From: Octopus sinensis
Lineage: Eukaryota
Assembly (NCBI RefSeq): GCF_006345805.1
Contig: NC_042999.1
Span: 62,620,001 to 62,684,000 of the forward strand
Direction of reading: 5' to 3'
DNA length: 64,000 bases
This document shows positions 24,885 to 39,457 of this stretch, one piece after another; position 1 is the stretch's first letter; every line of letters starts with the position of its first letter. Under the pieces are notes generated by a model that was given only the letters and a program-made list of their open reading frames with translations, was not told where the DNA came from and made no database searches. The translations under genes and the position numbers were made by a program.

Positions 24885-25864
24885 TTAAGTCACCTAAATA
24901 TCCGAAATTATCAACTACTTCTTTTGGGTTACCAAATAAATTGTTTTCATTTTGTTTATTCAACTTGACACTCCATCATCTTGTCTGAAACGAGGTGAAA
25001 TTTATTCGAATTTCAAAAATGATAAGCAAAAGTTGTAAAGGAAGAATTCAGCTACCAAAAAAACATAAAACACTACAATAATTTTTTTTTATATTAATTC
25101 ACCTAATATCAGAGAAGATTAAAATAAATGGGGAAAAAAATGAATTATCCTGAAAAACCCAATTGCATTCTTACTGGGTATTTGAAAGAATTTTGTTTTA
25201 AGAATGCCTTTACAACTAATTACTCTTATACTTCTGCTACACATAAAATGTCCTTTTTTGGATTTTTTCCATTAGCCTGTCTGTTATCTCACTGCATTTC
25301 TTACGCAGTCATTGCTTAGATTTTGTGGGTAAACAATTATACTAGAAAATTTGTTGTCATTCCAAATTAAGATTGAAAAGGAAACTATATTTCAATTTCA
25401 TTATATAATCAAAATGTTAATAAATAATTGGCAGTTCTAAACTAAGAATCAACTGTTGATTTTTTGATGTGATACCAAAACTGGAATATAATGAACTCTT
25501 TTGTTACCATATTTCTGTTCAAATACTCTGCTTTTGTTTCAGTTAAGTGTTTTAGAGAAAAGCTTGAAGTATAGCTGTAAATAGAATTGATAAATACATA
25601 TACCCACATACATATTTTATAAAATACTTGGATTGTCGAATCTTGATAATTTAACCCATTTGTTACCATATTTTGTAGAAATACATTGCCTTTATTTCAA
25701 TTTGAAAATAATATAATAATGAAAAAATAATAATGATAATGAAATTATTGTATACAGTGATCAGGTGCACTACAACTCATAAGAAAAAGTAACCAAAACT
25801 GTATGAATGGTACACAGAATATGCCAAGGAAGTGGGCAGACTTTCGGAAACATTTTTTCACACT

Positions 25865-26135
25865 AAGAGTTGCTGAAGCATGGAACAAACTGCCGGCATC
25901 AGTTGTTAGTTGTCGGAGCACTGCATCCTTCAAAACTTCCATGCTTCCTGAGATTCGTCAACACTACACCTGATTTTCTCCCCCCCCCCTACACATGCAA
26001 GCATGTATCTGACTCATACACTGTTCACTTCCCAGACATTTGTACATTACTGCATATACTTTATACGCACTTTTGACAAGTTGTGGTACACCTGAACACT
26101 GTATACAGTAATTTCATTATTGTTATTATTATTAT
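25865..26135 (+). mobile_element. CR1/L2-type LINE 3' end
   Basis: RVAEAWNKLPASVVSCRSTASFKTSM, (ATT)n tail. Confidence 0.7.
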
Positions 26136-26310
26136 TTTAAGTCAGAAAAATGCAAGAATTTTGTAAATAATTTTGTCATAATTAAGCTGGTGTTTAGAAC
26201 ATAAATTAACATGAGATTTTACTGGAAGGCTATATTTTGATTACTTTAAATTAGTAAGTTTAGACCATAGAATCAGAAGTGGTTTCAGGTAGGCTGGTAT
26301 CCAAAGAAGG

Positions 26311-26545
26311 TTGAAGGCAGCGAGCTGGCAGACACGTTAGCATGCCGGGCGAAATGCATAGCAGTATTTCGTCTGCTGTTACGTTCTGAGTTCAAATTCC
26401 ACCAAGGTCGACTTGGCCTTTCTTCCTTTCAGGGTCGATTAAATAAGTAGCAGTTATGCACTGGGTCGATATAATCGACTTAATCTGTTTGTCTGTCCTT
26501 GTTTGTCCTCTCTGTGTTTAGCCCCTTGTGGGCAGTAAAGAAATA
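26311..26545 (+). mobile_element. SINE family A with 15-bp TSD
   Basis: GGTATCCAAAGAAGG at 26296-26310 and 26546-26560. Confidence 0.9.
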
Positions 26546-26608
26546 GGTATCCAAAGAAGGAATATTTTTCTAATGCTTTTTATCTGTGATATTTTCTTCT
26601 TCTTCTAG

Positions 26609-26828
26609 TGCCAAAGACAGCTTGGACAGATGTCGAAACAGGAGAGCTTTGATTGATGATGATCTCCAGTATTTATATAATGATCTTCACAAATACAAGA
26701 AACGTTTCCAAAGAGCTTACCATGATCAATTCTGCAATGACTATATGGAAACTAAAAATATGAAAGGTGTTGTTGACCTCCAAATCTATCCTCGTGGAGT
26801 TCGGACAGCACATTTCCCATTATACACG
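26609..26828 (+). CDS. internal coding exon of unidentified gene (AKDSLDRCRNRRALIDDD...TAHFPLYT)
   Basis: Strong polypyrimidine tract + tag acceptor, ACG/gtaatg donor, 220 nt open, phase 2-0. Confidence 0.8.
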
Positions 26829-27042
26829 GTAATGTTCCTAGTATTTTTTACATTTTCTTTACATGTATGCCTATATTTTCTTTTTATTTTCTTTTACATA
26901 TTTCCCCATGACCAGACATGTTTTTCACGGAAAATTTTAAATGAATAACACTGCTTGTATGATAAGTGGCATTCGTTTGCATCTATCAAGCCATGTCAAA
27001 GCAAGAAGACATACACACTCACACACACACACACACACACAC

Positions 27043-27084
<42 letters not shown>

Positions 27085-27756
27085 GATGCAGGTTTGCATG
27101 TATGTACACCTATGCCCACACATATGCATACATACATATATCATCATCATCATCATCTCATAAAAGGCACCTGTTCCAGTGATACATAAAAAGCCCATGT
27201 ACCAGTGACTCATAAAAGGCACCCATTACACTTTTGGAGTGGTTGGTGTTAGGAAGGGCATCCAGTTATATAAACCGTGCCAAAAATCAGACTGGAACTT
27301 GGCTTACCAGTTCCAGTCAAACCATTTAACCCATGCCAGCATGGAAATCAGACACTTGATGATGATAATGATGATCATGATGATCATGATAATGAAGATG
27401 ATGATGATGATGAAAATGATGATGATGATGATCACCATTTAACATCTGTCTTCCATATTTCCATAGATTGGACAGTTTGACAGTGAGTTGGAGGACTACA
27501 TCAACTCCAATGTCTGTTTTAGCAATGGTTTCTATGGTTCCTAACACCAGCCACTTCACAGTGTTTATTGTGTGCTATTTTCATGTCACCACCATTAGTG
27601 AGATCACAAAGTAACTTGCAATACAAAGAAAAGAAGAAACCCCTGCAACTGCGAGAGGTTGTTGTTGAGTGGAGGGGTAACTTTATGCCAGGTGTTGAGA
27701 GGCTAAAGTATGATTAAGGGACAGACACAGGTATCTTGCTATAGAAAAAAATACAT

Positions 27757-28158
27757 AGGCCATGAGTGGCTGTGTGGTAAGTAGCTTGCTTACCAACCAC
27801 ATGGTTTCGGGTTCCGTCCTACAGCGTGCATCATGGGCAAGTGTCTTCTACTATAGCATCTGGCTAACCAAAGCCTTGTGAGTGGATTTGGTAAACAGAA
27901 ACTGAAAGAAGCCCGTTGTATATATGTACATGTGTGTATGTGTGTATGCTTGTGTTTGTCCCCTGCAACATTGCTTGACAACCGATGCTGGTGTGTTTAC
28001 GTCTCCGTAACTTAGCAGTTCAGCAAAAGAGACCGATAGAATAAGTACTAGGCTTCCAAAGAATAAGTCCTGGGGTCGATTTGCTCAACTAAAAGGTGGT
28101 GCTGCATCATAGCCACAGTCAAATGACTGAAACAAGTAAAAGAGTAAAGAGTAAAGAG
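27757..28158 (+). mobile_element. SINE family B
   Basis: Full-length match with (AGAGTAA)n tail. Confidence 0.85.
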
Positions 28159-28814
28159 AGCTACCTCACAACATTTAAGAGTTAGTGGAAGTAGCCAGAA
28201 AGAAGATAAAGATGTCAGTGACAAGGTATCAGAACATACTCTCTAGTTACAAGGTGAGTGTGAAAGAAAATCAGACTAAGGACTGGGAGGGGTGGATGGG
28301 TAAGCTCATAGGAGTTTGAGAGGAGAGGGTAGGTTAGAGAAAGGTGTGAAGTTTAATATAGTGAATAATGGACAAGGGTGGCAATAAATGTCAGTATGAG
28401 AAGGTAAACGAAATAGCTTACAAGGAGAAGGTGACAAGTGACAGAACAGGAAAGGTGGAGAGCAGCAGAATAATAAACTTGTAGACAGATCAGAATATAG
28501 AAAAATCATGCATAAGGTGGGAGAGAGTGAGAGAGAGATGTGCAGGGACTGAGGTGGTGGTCAGAAGTATGTAGTGGTGGGCTAGAGTGAGTGGGGTACA
28601 AAGGCGAGATGGATGTCAACAGCAGCCATGAGAAGGAATTCAGAATGACTGCAGATATGAGAGGATGTTAAAGATTAGGTATGATAGTCCTAAGATGTAG
28701 CTCAGAGGGCAGGGAGAGATACCTGAAGACAGAAAAGCATGATCAGTGGAAAATAAAATGGGAAGGGATGATATTGAGAATGAAGGTTAGATATTACATA
28801 AAGTACTTCTAGAG

Positions 28815-31131
28815 CAGTGATTCCCAAGGTGGTGCGTACGCCCCACTGGTGGGGCCTGAGAAAATTCAGGTGGGGCGCGGGGCATAGACGTGGGCTGTGA
28901 AAATATTTGTACATGACGAGCGGTCATCGCGGGCACAACCTTAGATTCCGTCTTTCCTTTGAAGCCTCCACATCGGAAACTCTCGCACCCCAGTGAGACA
29001 AAGAAGATCCCGCACTGAGCAATAAACTTACTATTCAGATAAGCCAATCAATTGCCTCAATTAGTTTGCCTCAATTAGTCTTTGGAGTTTTTGAAGTTTG
29101 GATTCATTCCTGATGAGCATGATGAGCGTAAACCGTTTTGCTTATTATGTAATCAGACGATGAGCAATGAGTCAATGAAGGCAGGTAGGCTGGAAGCGCA
29201 CTTAAAGGTAAGACATCCTAATAATTCTAATTTAGATTTGGAATACTTCAAATCATTGAAAGAAAAATTTAAAAACCGAACAAAACTCACTTCACTATTT
29301 CATGCAAAACAAGTGCCTCATACTCGTGCCCTTGAAGCCAGCTACGAAATCTCCTTGCTTATAGCAAAACATGGAAAGAATCACACTATTGGAGAGCAAC
29401 TGATTAAACCTGCTATCTCAATATTCTTAAAAACTGTATTACAAAAAGATGATGGAGATATCAGGACTATGCCACTCAGTAATAACACTGTCTCGAACAG
29501 AATAGATGAAATGGGGCAAGATGTTGAAAGCCAGCTCATTGAGAAATTAAAATTGCGTAAGTTTTCATTACAAATGGACGAATCCACAATCCGGGACAGT
29601 GAGGCTCTGTTATTGACTTATGTGAGGTATATTGACCACGAGGAGTTTCAGGAAGAGATGCTGTTCTGCGAATCGTTTGAAACCACCACAACTGCAAATG
29701 ATTTTACATCAAAATCAAACATTATTTGGATGCAAACAAAATACCAAAGGAAAACTTACTGGCATGTGCGGCAGACGGTGCACCTGCCATGATGGGCAAG
29801 AATACGGGATGCTTAAAAATGATGAAGGATGAAAATCCAAACATGTTGACTGTCCATTGTGTAATACACCGAGAAAACTTGGTTGCCAAGAAATTGTCCC
29901 CTGTTCTTAACAAGATTCTTCAAAGTGTGATCAAGTGTGTCAACACATTAAAAGAAATTCTAAATCTGAACGTCTTTTTAAGCAGTTTTGTATAAATCAA
30001 AGTGCCGAACATGTTCGATTATTGCTTCATCATACAGAAGTAAGATGGCTATCAAGTGGAAACTGCTTAAAGAGGTTCATGGAATTATTTGATCAGATTA
30101 ACGACTTTCTTAGTGATAAATGTGAAATGAAATTGCTGTCAACAACGGATGAAAAGCATTTGTCAGTTATTTGACAGACATATTGAGAAACTTGGAAACT
30201 TGAATAAACAACTTCAAGGTGCAAACATGACACTTATTGATGCAAAAGCAAAGATTTTTGGATTTATTACAGCTCTCGAATTATGGAAAAAAAAGAAATT
30301 TTCCAAAAGAAATTTCAGTGAACTTTACTGGTTGAGTAAATGTGAAATACGAATGATGCTGGCATTGTAATTATTGATCATTTAAATATCTTGATAAAGG
30401 ATTTCAATGACAGATTTTGCGATTTAAAGGCAATGAATTTTCCTTCTTGGTTAACTCAACCGCTTCTGATTAACGTTTCTGATGCTACAATCCATACCAA
30501 GAAGAGTTATCAGAATTCAACATGATGAATCAGTGAAGACTTTGTTTAAATTGAAAGGTACAAAGATGTGGCTATATGACGAGGTTGAAGAAAATATCCT
30601 AAAATTTCTACATCAGCGAGAGAGCTACTGATTCCTTTCCCTTCGTCTTATTTGGTCGAATTGGTTTTAGTGCAGTTGATAATTTGCTCGAAGCCAAGAG
30701 AAACCGGCTTGAGATTACAAAACGTGGCGATTTACGACGACTGAAATTAACAAAGTTGTCCCTCAATTAAAAACTTGTGTGCTGTATGCATCAGGCACAG
30801 GGTCTCACTAAATTAGTCGAGCAGACCGTCAAATAATTGAACTGAAAAAACGTGTTTCTTTATTCTTTATATAAATTGACATTTTTTAAAACATGAGAAA
30901 TCGTAATAATTTTATCGATTTATTGGGTGTTATGCACTTTCAGTGCCTGTTGTTTCAATTCTCAAACTATTTTTTTGTATTTTGAATACAATTTTTTAAT
31001 TTTTGATTTTTTTTCAATTGTAAGTAGGCCCACATGTACTTGTAAATGTGAGTGGACATGGGAAAAGGTGGGGCGTAAAAACTTTTGCTATGAAAAAGTG
31101 GGGCGCCGGGAAAAAAGGTTGGGAAACACTG
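28815..31131 (+). mobile_element. hAT transposon, Buster/Charlie type, full length
   Basis: TIRs CAGTGATTCCCAA / TTGGGAAACACTG; 8-bp TSD TTCTAGAG (28807-28814, 31132-31139) with central TA. Confidence 0.93.
29082..30812 (+). pseudogene. ZBED5/SCAND3-like hAT transposase, several frameshifts
   Basis: BED finger CLLC..HLKVRH, FSLQMDEST, AADGAPAM, HCVIHRENL, TEVRWLS, PFPSSYLVE..FS dimerisation region. Confidence 0.9.
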
Positions 31132-31658
31132 TTCTAGAGAGACAGAAAAGCATGATCAGTGGAAAATAAAATAGGAAGGGATGATATTGAGAATGAAGGT
31201 TAGATATTACATAAAGTACTTCTAGAGAAATTGGGGATGTAACTAGTAGAACAAAGAGGAAGAAATATGCCCAGATTTTGCTATAAATGGTGGTGCCCCA
31301 GCATGGCCACAGCTTGTGAGCTGAAACTAGATAAAAATTTTTTAAATAATTAAAAAATATCATAAGATCGCAGAAGCTGAATAGTGCTACTGTTAGAAGA
31401 GTGATGGAGGGACAAGTGCTAGGAGGATGAGATGTGGGGAATGGTTAACAGGATCAGATTGGGTGCAGAACAGGGTCTGATGAGTTTGTAAACAAATACA
31501 ATGGTTTTAAGACCTCACATTTGCCTTGACAGACGGGTCTTCCTGAGCACAGCAAAACACCAATTATCACAAGCCTGTGTTACTTCCAGTGTGAAGTTTA
31601 ACAACTTGAGATCAGCCTTCACTACTTTATCTTGATTATCTTTTCTATTCACCCTTTC

Positions 31659-31722
<64 letters not shown>

Positions 31723-33139
31723 GATATATGTAAACAAACCAGAAAGGCTTTGCAAGTTATGGAGAGAAAGCTACTATGGAAGACTCATAGTATAATAACT
31801 GCATAATAATATATCATAATAATATATATATTGCCTATATATATATATAAATATATGTATGTATGTATTTAGGTATGTATGTACGGTATTGTATTGTATT
31901 TACATGCCCCTTCATACGTGTATGGTTTTTGTAGTTGTGTGTGCATGTGCGTGTGCATGCATGTGCTTGTGCTCACACATGCTCACACATGTCTTTGTGC
32001 ATGTGTATGTCCCCCTACCACAGCTTGACAACTTGTGTTGGTGTGTTTGTATCCCCATAACTTGGTGGTTCAACATTGGACCTAAAAAAACTCCCTCAGA
32101 ATGTAGTTGATCAAATGCTTTCAGGAATCAGTATATAAAGTCTGCATACTTTTTAAGAAATAATATAGTAGACTTGACTGTTTCCACTATTTTCAAACAT
32201 CATAAATATTACTCAAGGATTTGATGTAATAATTAGGAACAAAAAATATTAGGGGTTAAGTAATATTTAATCTGCAGCCAAATAGATAAGGGTTATAACT
32301 CAAAACATTTATATTTTATTAGGCTTTGTTAATGGAAGTTCAATTTTCACCTTTGCTTGATAGCCCAGGGGAATGTTCATTAAAACAACAAACAAAAAAG
32401 TCAGATGGTGAAAAAAGATTAACTGAAAATTTAATTAGAAAAGGTTGTTAACCTTGTAGTCAGCATTTCCTTTATAATTAAATTATCAATATGTTCTAAG
32501 ATTAATAACCTGACAATTCTCTATACACAAATTTGTCTTCATCAGCAAATTTGCAAATTTTGCTTTGGATATTTAATTTCACAACCATTGCTCTGCTGAA
32601 CGTTGACTTCAAAAGTATAAAAATGGCATTTTTCCTTAGATGAGTTATTTTTTATTTGTTTTCACCCATTCAGATGGATTTCCATTTTTTCCTGTTTTTT
32701 TCTTTTTGTGTGTGTGTGTGTGTGTGTATTTCCTTGTGGTTATGAAAATTTTTCATAAAGCTCCAATCCTTCTGATACCAAATTCCACTACCTTTTTTTA
32801 CCTTTCCTTTTTCTATGGAATACAGCTTTCCCTATTTGCAAAGTGAATGCACATAGCCAAGTGGTTAGTGTGTTGCACTCACAATCACAAGATTGTGGTT
32901 TTGATTTCTTGACTGGCCAGTGTATAGTGTTCTTAAGCAAAACACTTCATTTCACATTGCACCAGTCCACTCAGATGTAAAGGAGTGACCATATGATGGA
33001 CTGAAGTCCTGTTTAGAAAAAATGTAGTGATCTTGGTCACTTATATGGCATGGAAATTGGGTAACTGACTGACCCTGTGAGTCCTAGGACTCAAGACAGT
33101 ACTTACATCTGCCTTTTCTATTATTATTATTATTATTAT

Positions 33140-34195
33140 TTAGTAGTTTTATTTTTATAGCGTGCTTTCACTTCACTACCGAGCGCAGCTCTGTGTGCCT
33201 TGGGTATGTGCTGTGGTTTGTTGAGATGTTCTTATGGTTACTGTATTGAAAATGTTTTGCATAGGATGTGTGCAGTGTCCAGTATATATATTTGTAAGTC
33301 CTGGTGTTTTTGTTATGTATTTGTCTGAATATTTTTTTATCATATCTAATGCGCCTACTATGATAGGAATTGTTTCTGTTTTTAGATTCCACATTCGAGT
33401 TACCTCTATTTCCAGGTCTTTGTATTTTGAAAGTTTTTCCATTTCTTTTAGGGAAACGTTGTCATCTGCTGGTATTGATACATCAATTAGAAAGCATTTT
33501 TTTCTTCATGATCTCTGACAACTATATCTGGCCTATTGGCCTTAATTTCTCTATTTGTGTGTATAGGCATATCCCAAAGTATGGTTGCTTTCTCGTTTTC
33601 TGTGACCTTTTCTGGTGTGTGCTTATACCATCTTTTTTCTGTTGTTATTCCATAGTGTTGGCATAGCTTCCAGTGTCTGTGAATATAGTCCTTCTTAGCC
33701 AGGATTGGGTTGCCAGAGATAATATGATTTATTGTTTCTTGTCCATCTCCACATATTCTGCAGTTAATTGTTATGTTTCTTTTCATTATATGTTTTGGGT
33801 AATTTCTGGTGGGGAGGCTTTGGTCTTGTGCTGCAATTAAAAATCCTTCCATCTCTGCTTTGAGTCCTGAGCTTCTCAACCATTGCTGGGATTTTTCTCT
33901 GTCTATTTCTTTTGCATTTAGTTTAGTCCAGTATTTGCCATGAAGGGGCTTTTCTTGCCATCGTTTTATCATGGTCCATTGCTGTTCTAGTTTTAGTTTG
34001 GTTTTCCGTTGTTTTATAGCTTTTGTTGTTTCTTCTTCTTCTCCATATTTGTTAGGTAGTTTGATTTCTTGTTTGTATTTGTCAGCTTCCTTAAATACTG
34101 AGAACAGTTTTTTGTTTTGCGGCTATTTGTATCAGTTTTCCTTGCTTCTGAAGTAGGTATTTTTGCAGTCCTAATACCCACAATTCCATGCTGTA
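33140..34195 (-). mobile_element. R4/Dong-like restriction-endonuclease LINE, 3' part, decayed
   Basis: WQEKPLHG, AAQDQSLPTR, CRICG..ETINHIISG, ANRPDIVV, EKLSKYKDL; embedded in (TAA)n at both ends. Confidence 0.85.
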
Positions 34196-34271
<76 letters not shown>

Positions 34272-34390
34272 CATTATTATTATTATTATCATGATTATTA
34301 TTATTTATATAAATAAGGACAAGGACTTTATTTAAATACTGATCTTATCAGATGGCCAGCATGGGAATAAAAACCTTCAAATAATAATTA

Positions 34391-34723
34391 TTATTAAAAT
34401 TATAATTTAGAGTATCTAAGAGATACCACCATGCTGGAAATAGCAGCCAAAACTTGACTCTAAAACCACATTAAATGTTCATACAGCACCAGGAGAGAGA
34501 GAAGACAAAGAGACAAAATAAACTAGAAGGCAGAGCATTTCATATGCAGAGTCAGAAATCCGGGATCTGGAATTATCCAGTAATTTTTTTGCTAGTTTAT
34601 TTTGTCTCTTTGTCTTCTCTCCTGATGCTGTATGAACATTTAATGTGGTTTTAGAGTCAAGTTTTGGCTGCTATTTCCAGTGTGGTGGTATCTCTTAGAT
34701 ACTCTAAATTATAATTTTAATAA
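34391..34723. repeat. inverted repeat of about 135-bp arms next to (TA)n
   Basis: 34391-34526 / 34592-34723. Confidence 0.8.
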
Positions 34724-34739
34724 CATATATATATATATC

Positions 34740-35049
34740 CAGAGCAGCCAACTGGCTTCTGTACCCGTGGCACGTAAAAGGGCACCATTCGAGTGTGATC
34801 GTTACCAACGTCGCTTCACTGGAACCTGTGTTGGTGGCACATGTAAAAGATTTGAGCGAGGTCATTGCCAGTACCGCCTGACTGGGCCCCGTGCAGGTGG
34901 CATGTAAAAAGCACCCACTACACTCTCAGAGTAGAAACTCTGCCAGATCAAGACTGGAGCCTGGTGCAGCCATCTGGTTGCCAGCCCTCAGTCAAAACCG
35001 TCCAACCCATGCTAGCATGGAAAATGGACGTTAAACGATGATGATGATG

Positions 35050-35050
<1 letters not shown>
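34740..35050 (+). mobile_element. SINE family C followed by (GATA)n
   Basis: Consensus match. Confidence 0.8.
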
Positions 35051-35090
<40 letters not shown>

Positions 35091-36352
35091 TGTGAGTGTG
35101 TGTATCCTTGTCTAGCTATCATGTGATGATTGTAAATGAGCATCATTGTCATATGAGTGGAGTCGTTCATTTTCCAGACTTCTTTGAAAAACATGTCAGG
35201 CAATGGGGAAATATTATCTTGTTTGGAAACGGGTGAAATTTAGCATCAGGAAAGGAAGGTAACTGCAGAAAATCTGCCTCAATAAATTCCATGTGATCGA
35301 TGGCAGCATGGAATTGTGGGTTTTAGATGATAATGATGACTATGATGATGATGATGACAATGATGACGACGACGACGGTGGTGGTGGTGGTGGTGGTGGT
35401 GGTGGTGGTGATGATGATGATGATGATGATGATAGCAATGATGATGATGATGATGACGATAACAGCTGTTTTGTTCTAAATCAGATATTTTTTGCAAAAT
35501 AACCTTTGATGATATGTATATAAAAATCATCAAAAACATTTCTTTCGCTTTTCCATGATATATTTTGCTAATTATAGGGTGTGTCTTATCACTTGTAACA
35601 TCTTAAAAGAGCCAGGAAATACATTAAAAAGCTACAAAGAAAAGATGTGGATGCTTCAGATGAAGAACATAATTATTTTGAGAGATGTTTACATTTCAAG
35701 CTTCAGGAAGTATAAATCAGATTAAGATCCAACAGAACCAATACAAGAAGGCTGAAAAGCTGAAGCATGTGCTATTAATATCATGAAGCAAAGGTTTAAT
35801 TCTTTGATTAAGAAATGATAAGGATTATGTAACCTATATAATGGTACTTTACAGCGATCTACATTATATCATTCTTTATGTACGTCATTCTTGAGGTGTG
35901 ACTTATATTTATCAACTTCTAGCGATTTCTTTTATCTTTAGTCGCTCAACTGATGTTATTTTCTGCTCTTTGCAAAACCAGTAAGGGAATCTTCCAAAGA
36001 GAGGGTTGCTGTACTTGCTTGAAATAGCAACTAAATTTTTTTCATCTCACATTCTACCTACTGTTTTAAAAAAGACAGATTTAGTAATATAGCCTTAGGA
36101 TACACTATACTTGAAAAATGATATGATGGTCATAGCTGGAAAACTTTTGATCATAGATATGCTCAATCAGAGCTGACCTAGGACTAAAGAAATGATTCTG
36201 TACATTTTTGATAGACTCTAAGCTTAACTTGCACCTTTTTCCCCAAATCCAAATCATTCCGTTTCTTAAAGGCTTGCACCAAACCAGATTAAAATAAATC
36301 ATGTTTGCATCAATTAGAAGAATTAATGAGTTTTTCACACACACACACACAC

Positions 36353-36386
<34 letters not shown>

Positions 36387-36575
36387 ATTAATAAGGATGA
36401 CATTTCTGATAATTTTTTCCACTTTAATGATTAGAGGCTTTTGTAAACATCTAAGGATTTGTAAGCATCTAATCATTAAAGTGGGAAAAAATGATCAGAA
36501 AAATCATCCTTATAAATTTTTTCAAATATGTATACTATACCAATGACTTCCTATTTCTAATTCTAATATCCATTC

Positions 36576-36616
<41 letters not shown>

Positions 36617-36680
36617 TAGAAATGGTAACACAACAAAAGAATGAAAGAGACCTTGATATTATGTAAATAGAGGAATTTAT

Positions 36681-36822
36681 CTGTAAATGTAATATATGAC
36701 AATCATTCGGTAGCCATGATAAAACTCTGAGTTTTGAATGTTGGGGTGGATTTCCACCCCAACATCTGAAACTCAGAGTTTTATCATGGCTACCAAATAA
36801 TTGTCACATATTACATTTACAG
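36681..36822. repeat. near-perfect 142-bp hairpin
   Basis: Centre TTGGGGTGGA-TT-TCCACCCCAA. Confidence 0.85.
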
Positions 36823-36920
36823 GTATATGTATAAATATTTATGTGTATATAAGAATTTTTTGCATAATAAGATAAAAAAACCATGGCTGTGTAGATATTA
36901 GAGCATTTATAGATAGAAGG

Positions 36921-36970
36921 TCTTACAGCTGTTTCTAGGATATTTATTAATTATATCCCTTCGTCGGAGA
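36921..36970 (-). ncRNA. minimal hammerhead motif with CCGACGA core
   Basis: UCU-CCGACGA-AGGGAUAU..AUAUCCUA-GAAA-CAGCUG-UA/AGA; diverged relative of 10479-10524. Confidence 0.65.
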
Positions 36971-37387
36971 TCATTATCATCATCATCATCATCATCATCA
37001 TTTAACGTCTGTTTTCCATACTGGCATGGGTTGGGTGGTTTAAGAGGAGCTGGCCAGCTAGGGTGCTGGCCAGACTCCAATTGTTTGTTGCACCAGCTGT
37101 TTTACGGAGTGTGTTGCATGCTTTTTATGTACCACTGGCAAAGGTGCATTTCTGTTGCACCAGCATGAGTGCATTTTATGTGGCACCAGCACCTGTAAAG
37201 GATAAGCCTGTATGTATGTATATCTCTAAGACCGTTATATCCAGTTTCAATTCTCATCTATACTTCTTTCATTTAACTCACACTTCTGCTTACATCAACA
37301 AGTAAACCATTGGCATCTCAGAATCTCATCTCCACTCCTGTGTTTAATTTAAAACACTGTGCCTTTATATATATATATATATATATA

Positions 37388-37897
37388 TTTGTTTCAGTCA
37401 TTTGACTGTGGCTAAGCTGGAGCACCACCTTTATTTTTAAACAAATCGACCTAGGACTTATTCGTTGTAAGCCTAGTACTTATTTTATCAGTCTTTTTTG
37501 CTGAACCGCAAGGTTACAGGGACATAAAGACACCAACATCAGTTGTCAAGCGATGGTGGTGGTGGTAGGGGACAAACACAAACACACAAACATATATATA
37601 TATATCACGTGATCACATGACCGACCAGACCATCAGATGTTGCTACACATCGCTGGTCACAACACGTTTGCATTGTTTTAGCCTTCAAATGATGCCACCC
37701 CGCTGGCTAAGCGAGCAAGCCAATATATATATATATATAAAACAGGCTTCTTTCAGTTTCCATCAACCGAATCCATTCACAAGGCTTTGGTCAGTCCAAG
37801 GCTATAGTTGAAGCACTTCTCCAAGGTGCCACGCAGTGGGACAGAACCCAGACCCATGTAGTTGGTAAGCAAGCTTCTTACCACATAGCTATGCCCA
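37388..37897 (-). mobile_element. SINE family B with a 130-bp element (37604-37725) inserted in its (TA)n
   Basis: The insert recurs inverted at 62243-62350, again in (TA)n. Confidence 0.8.
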
Positions 37898-38702
37898 TAG
37901 AATATTTGTTTCTTTACCTCAAAATATTATTCTCTGTTCCTCCTCTCCTGAAGTTTGTTTTAAATATATTTGTTTTATTTCTATAACACTCTATTCACCT
38001 TGCTCACATGAATGTGTGACATTGCTCTTTCATGGAAGATGTTGATATTTCTGGGTAAGTATCAGTTACTGAACTTCTCAGTCTTTATCCTATGACGACA
38101 TGTAGCGCTCATCTGAGATAACATTCTCAATTGGTTTGCTAGCCTTAAAACAATATAGAGCCTGTTAGTTATGTAAGCAGCTTTTTGAGTAGAAAAGCTA
38201 CAAAATGCATGGTAAAGCTCTAATATAAAAATGTAAGGTAGAGTAATACTGCTGTACTAAGTAATTTTAGACAGACAGACAGACACATACACAGATGCAC
38301 GCGCATGCATACATAGACATACACACCCTTTTTAGGGTCTCTATAGAATAGACCCAAAAATATCTCCTGCACCAAAAATCATATTTTTTTTTCAGATGTC
38401 TGTGTTTTAAGCATCTATGATGCTTAAAACATTCTGCTAAAACAAAAACAAAAACAAAAAACAAAATTTGGTGGAGAGTGCCTTTTATCTTTTTACCAAC
38501 ATTTTTCTCTCATGACTTTCTTTTGAAAATTCTTTTCAGATTTATGTTTTAAACATCTCAGACAATGATTCTTCAAAAATAAGGGTAACTTTTTAAAACA
38601 TAAATCTGGAAAAAAATTTTGCTGAAAGTCAAAACTGAAAAAATTATAAGTGGGGGAGGATGAAAAATTCCTTCTTTCTCTCTCTCTCTCTCTCTCTCTC
38701 AT

Positions 38703-38734
<32 letters not shown>

Positions 38735-39457
38735 TAAAATAACATTTTATCTCGAGTTTTAGAATCATAATCTATGGTGCTTAAAACATAGACATCCACC
38801 AAAATTATGGGTTTTGTTGCACTAGATCATTTCTAACTCTGTTCTATAAGAATGATATGCATATATATATAAGAGACCAAAGTATACGTACACTGCTATA
38901 TTTTTATATATAAAAAATACAAAAATGGGGCAAGAACACAAAACATCCAGACAGACGATACAAAGAAAACAAGGACAGGTCATTCAGAGTTTACTTTCCT
39001 CAGTCAAGTTCCAGATCATCTTTGCAATTTTCAGCTAGTTATACTCCTTTTCTCACCCCACTTTAATTCTTCTATCCTTCTGCCCCTGCCTCTCTCTCTT
39101 CTCTCCCCATGTGACTGGTGTTCAGCCAAGCCTGACATTTCTTTCTTGGTTCAACTACCATCCATGCAACCTCTATATTCCTCTCTGTGCCTGTCAAATC
39201 TTATGTCCTTACTTCCACGCATGCCAGCTTAATTCATGTTCAAAGTTGTCGACAACCTTGAACATGAATAGTAAGTATTAAATATAATATTCTAAGACCT
39301 GGTTGAATTTATATTCTGATTTGATGAATTTATGGGGATTCCTGTCTCTAATGATACTTTGATACATACATACATATATATATATAATATATATATATTT
39401 CGCTTTTGGATTTGGTTTGCAAGATTCTTTATATGAGTTCGTGTGTTGAAGCATATT

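Noticed and set aside
34527-34591. Spacer of fold-back checked for a hammerhead (minus CTGACTC..GAAATG)
   Set aside because: Core lacks G8/A9 and there is no palindromic stem III.
38960-39050. Minus-strand CTGAGGA..GAA in a (TA)n-linked repeat
   Set aside because: Could not form stem III and stem I convincingly.
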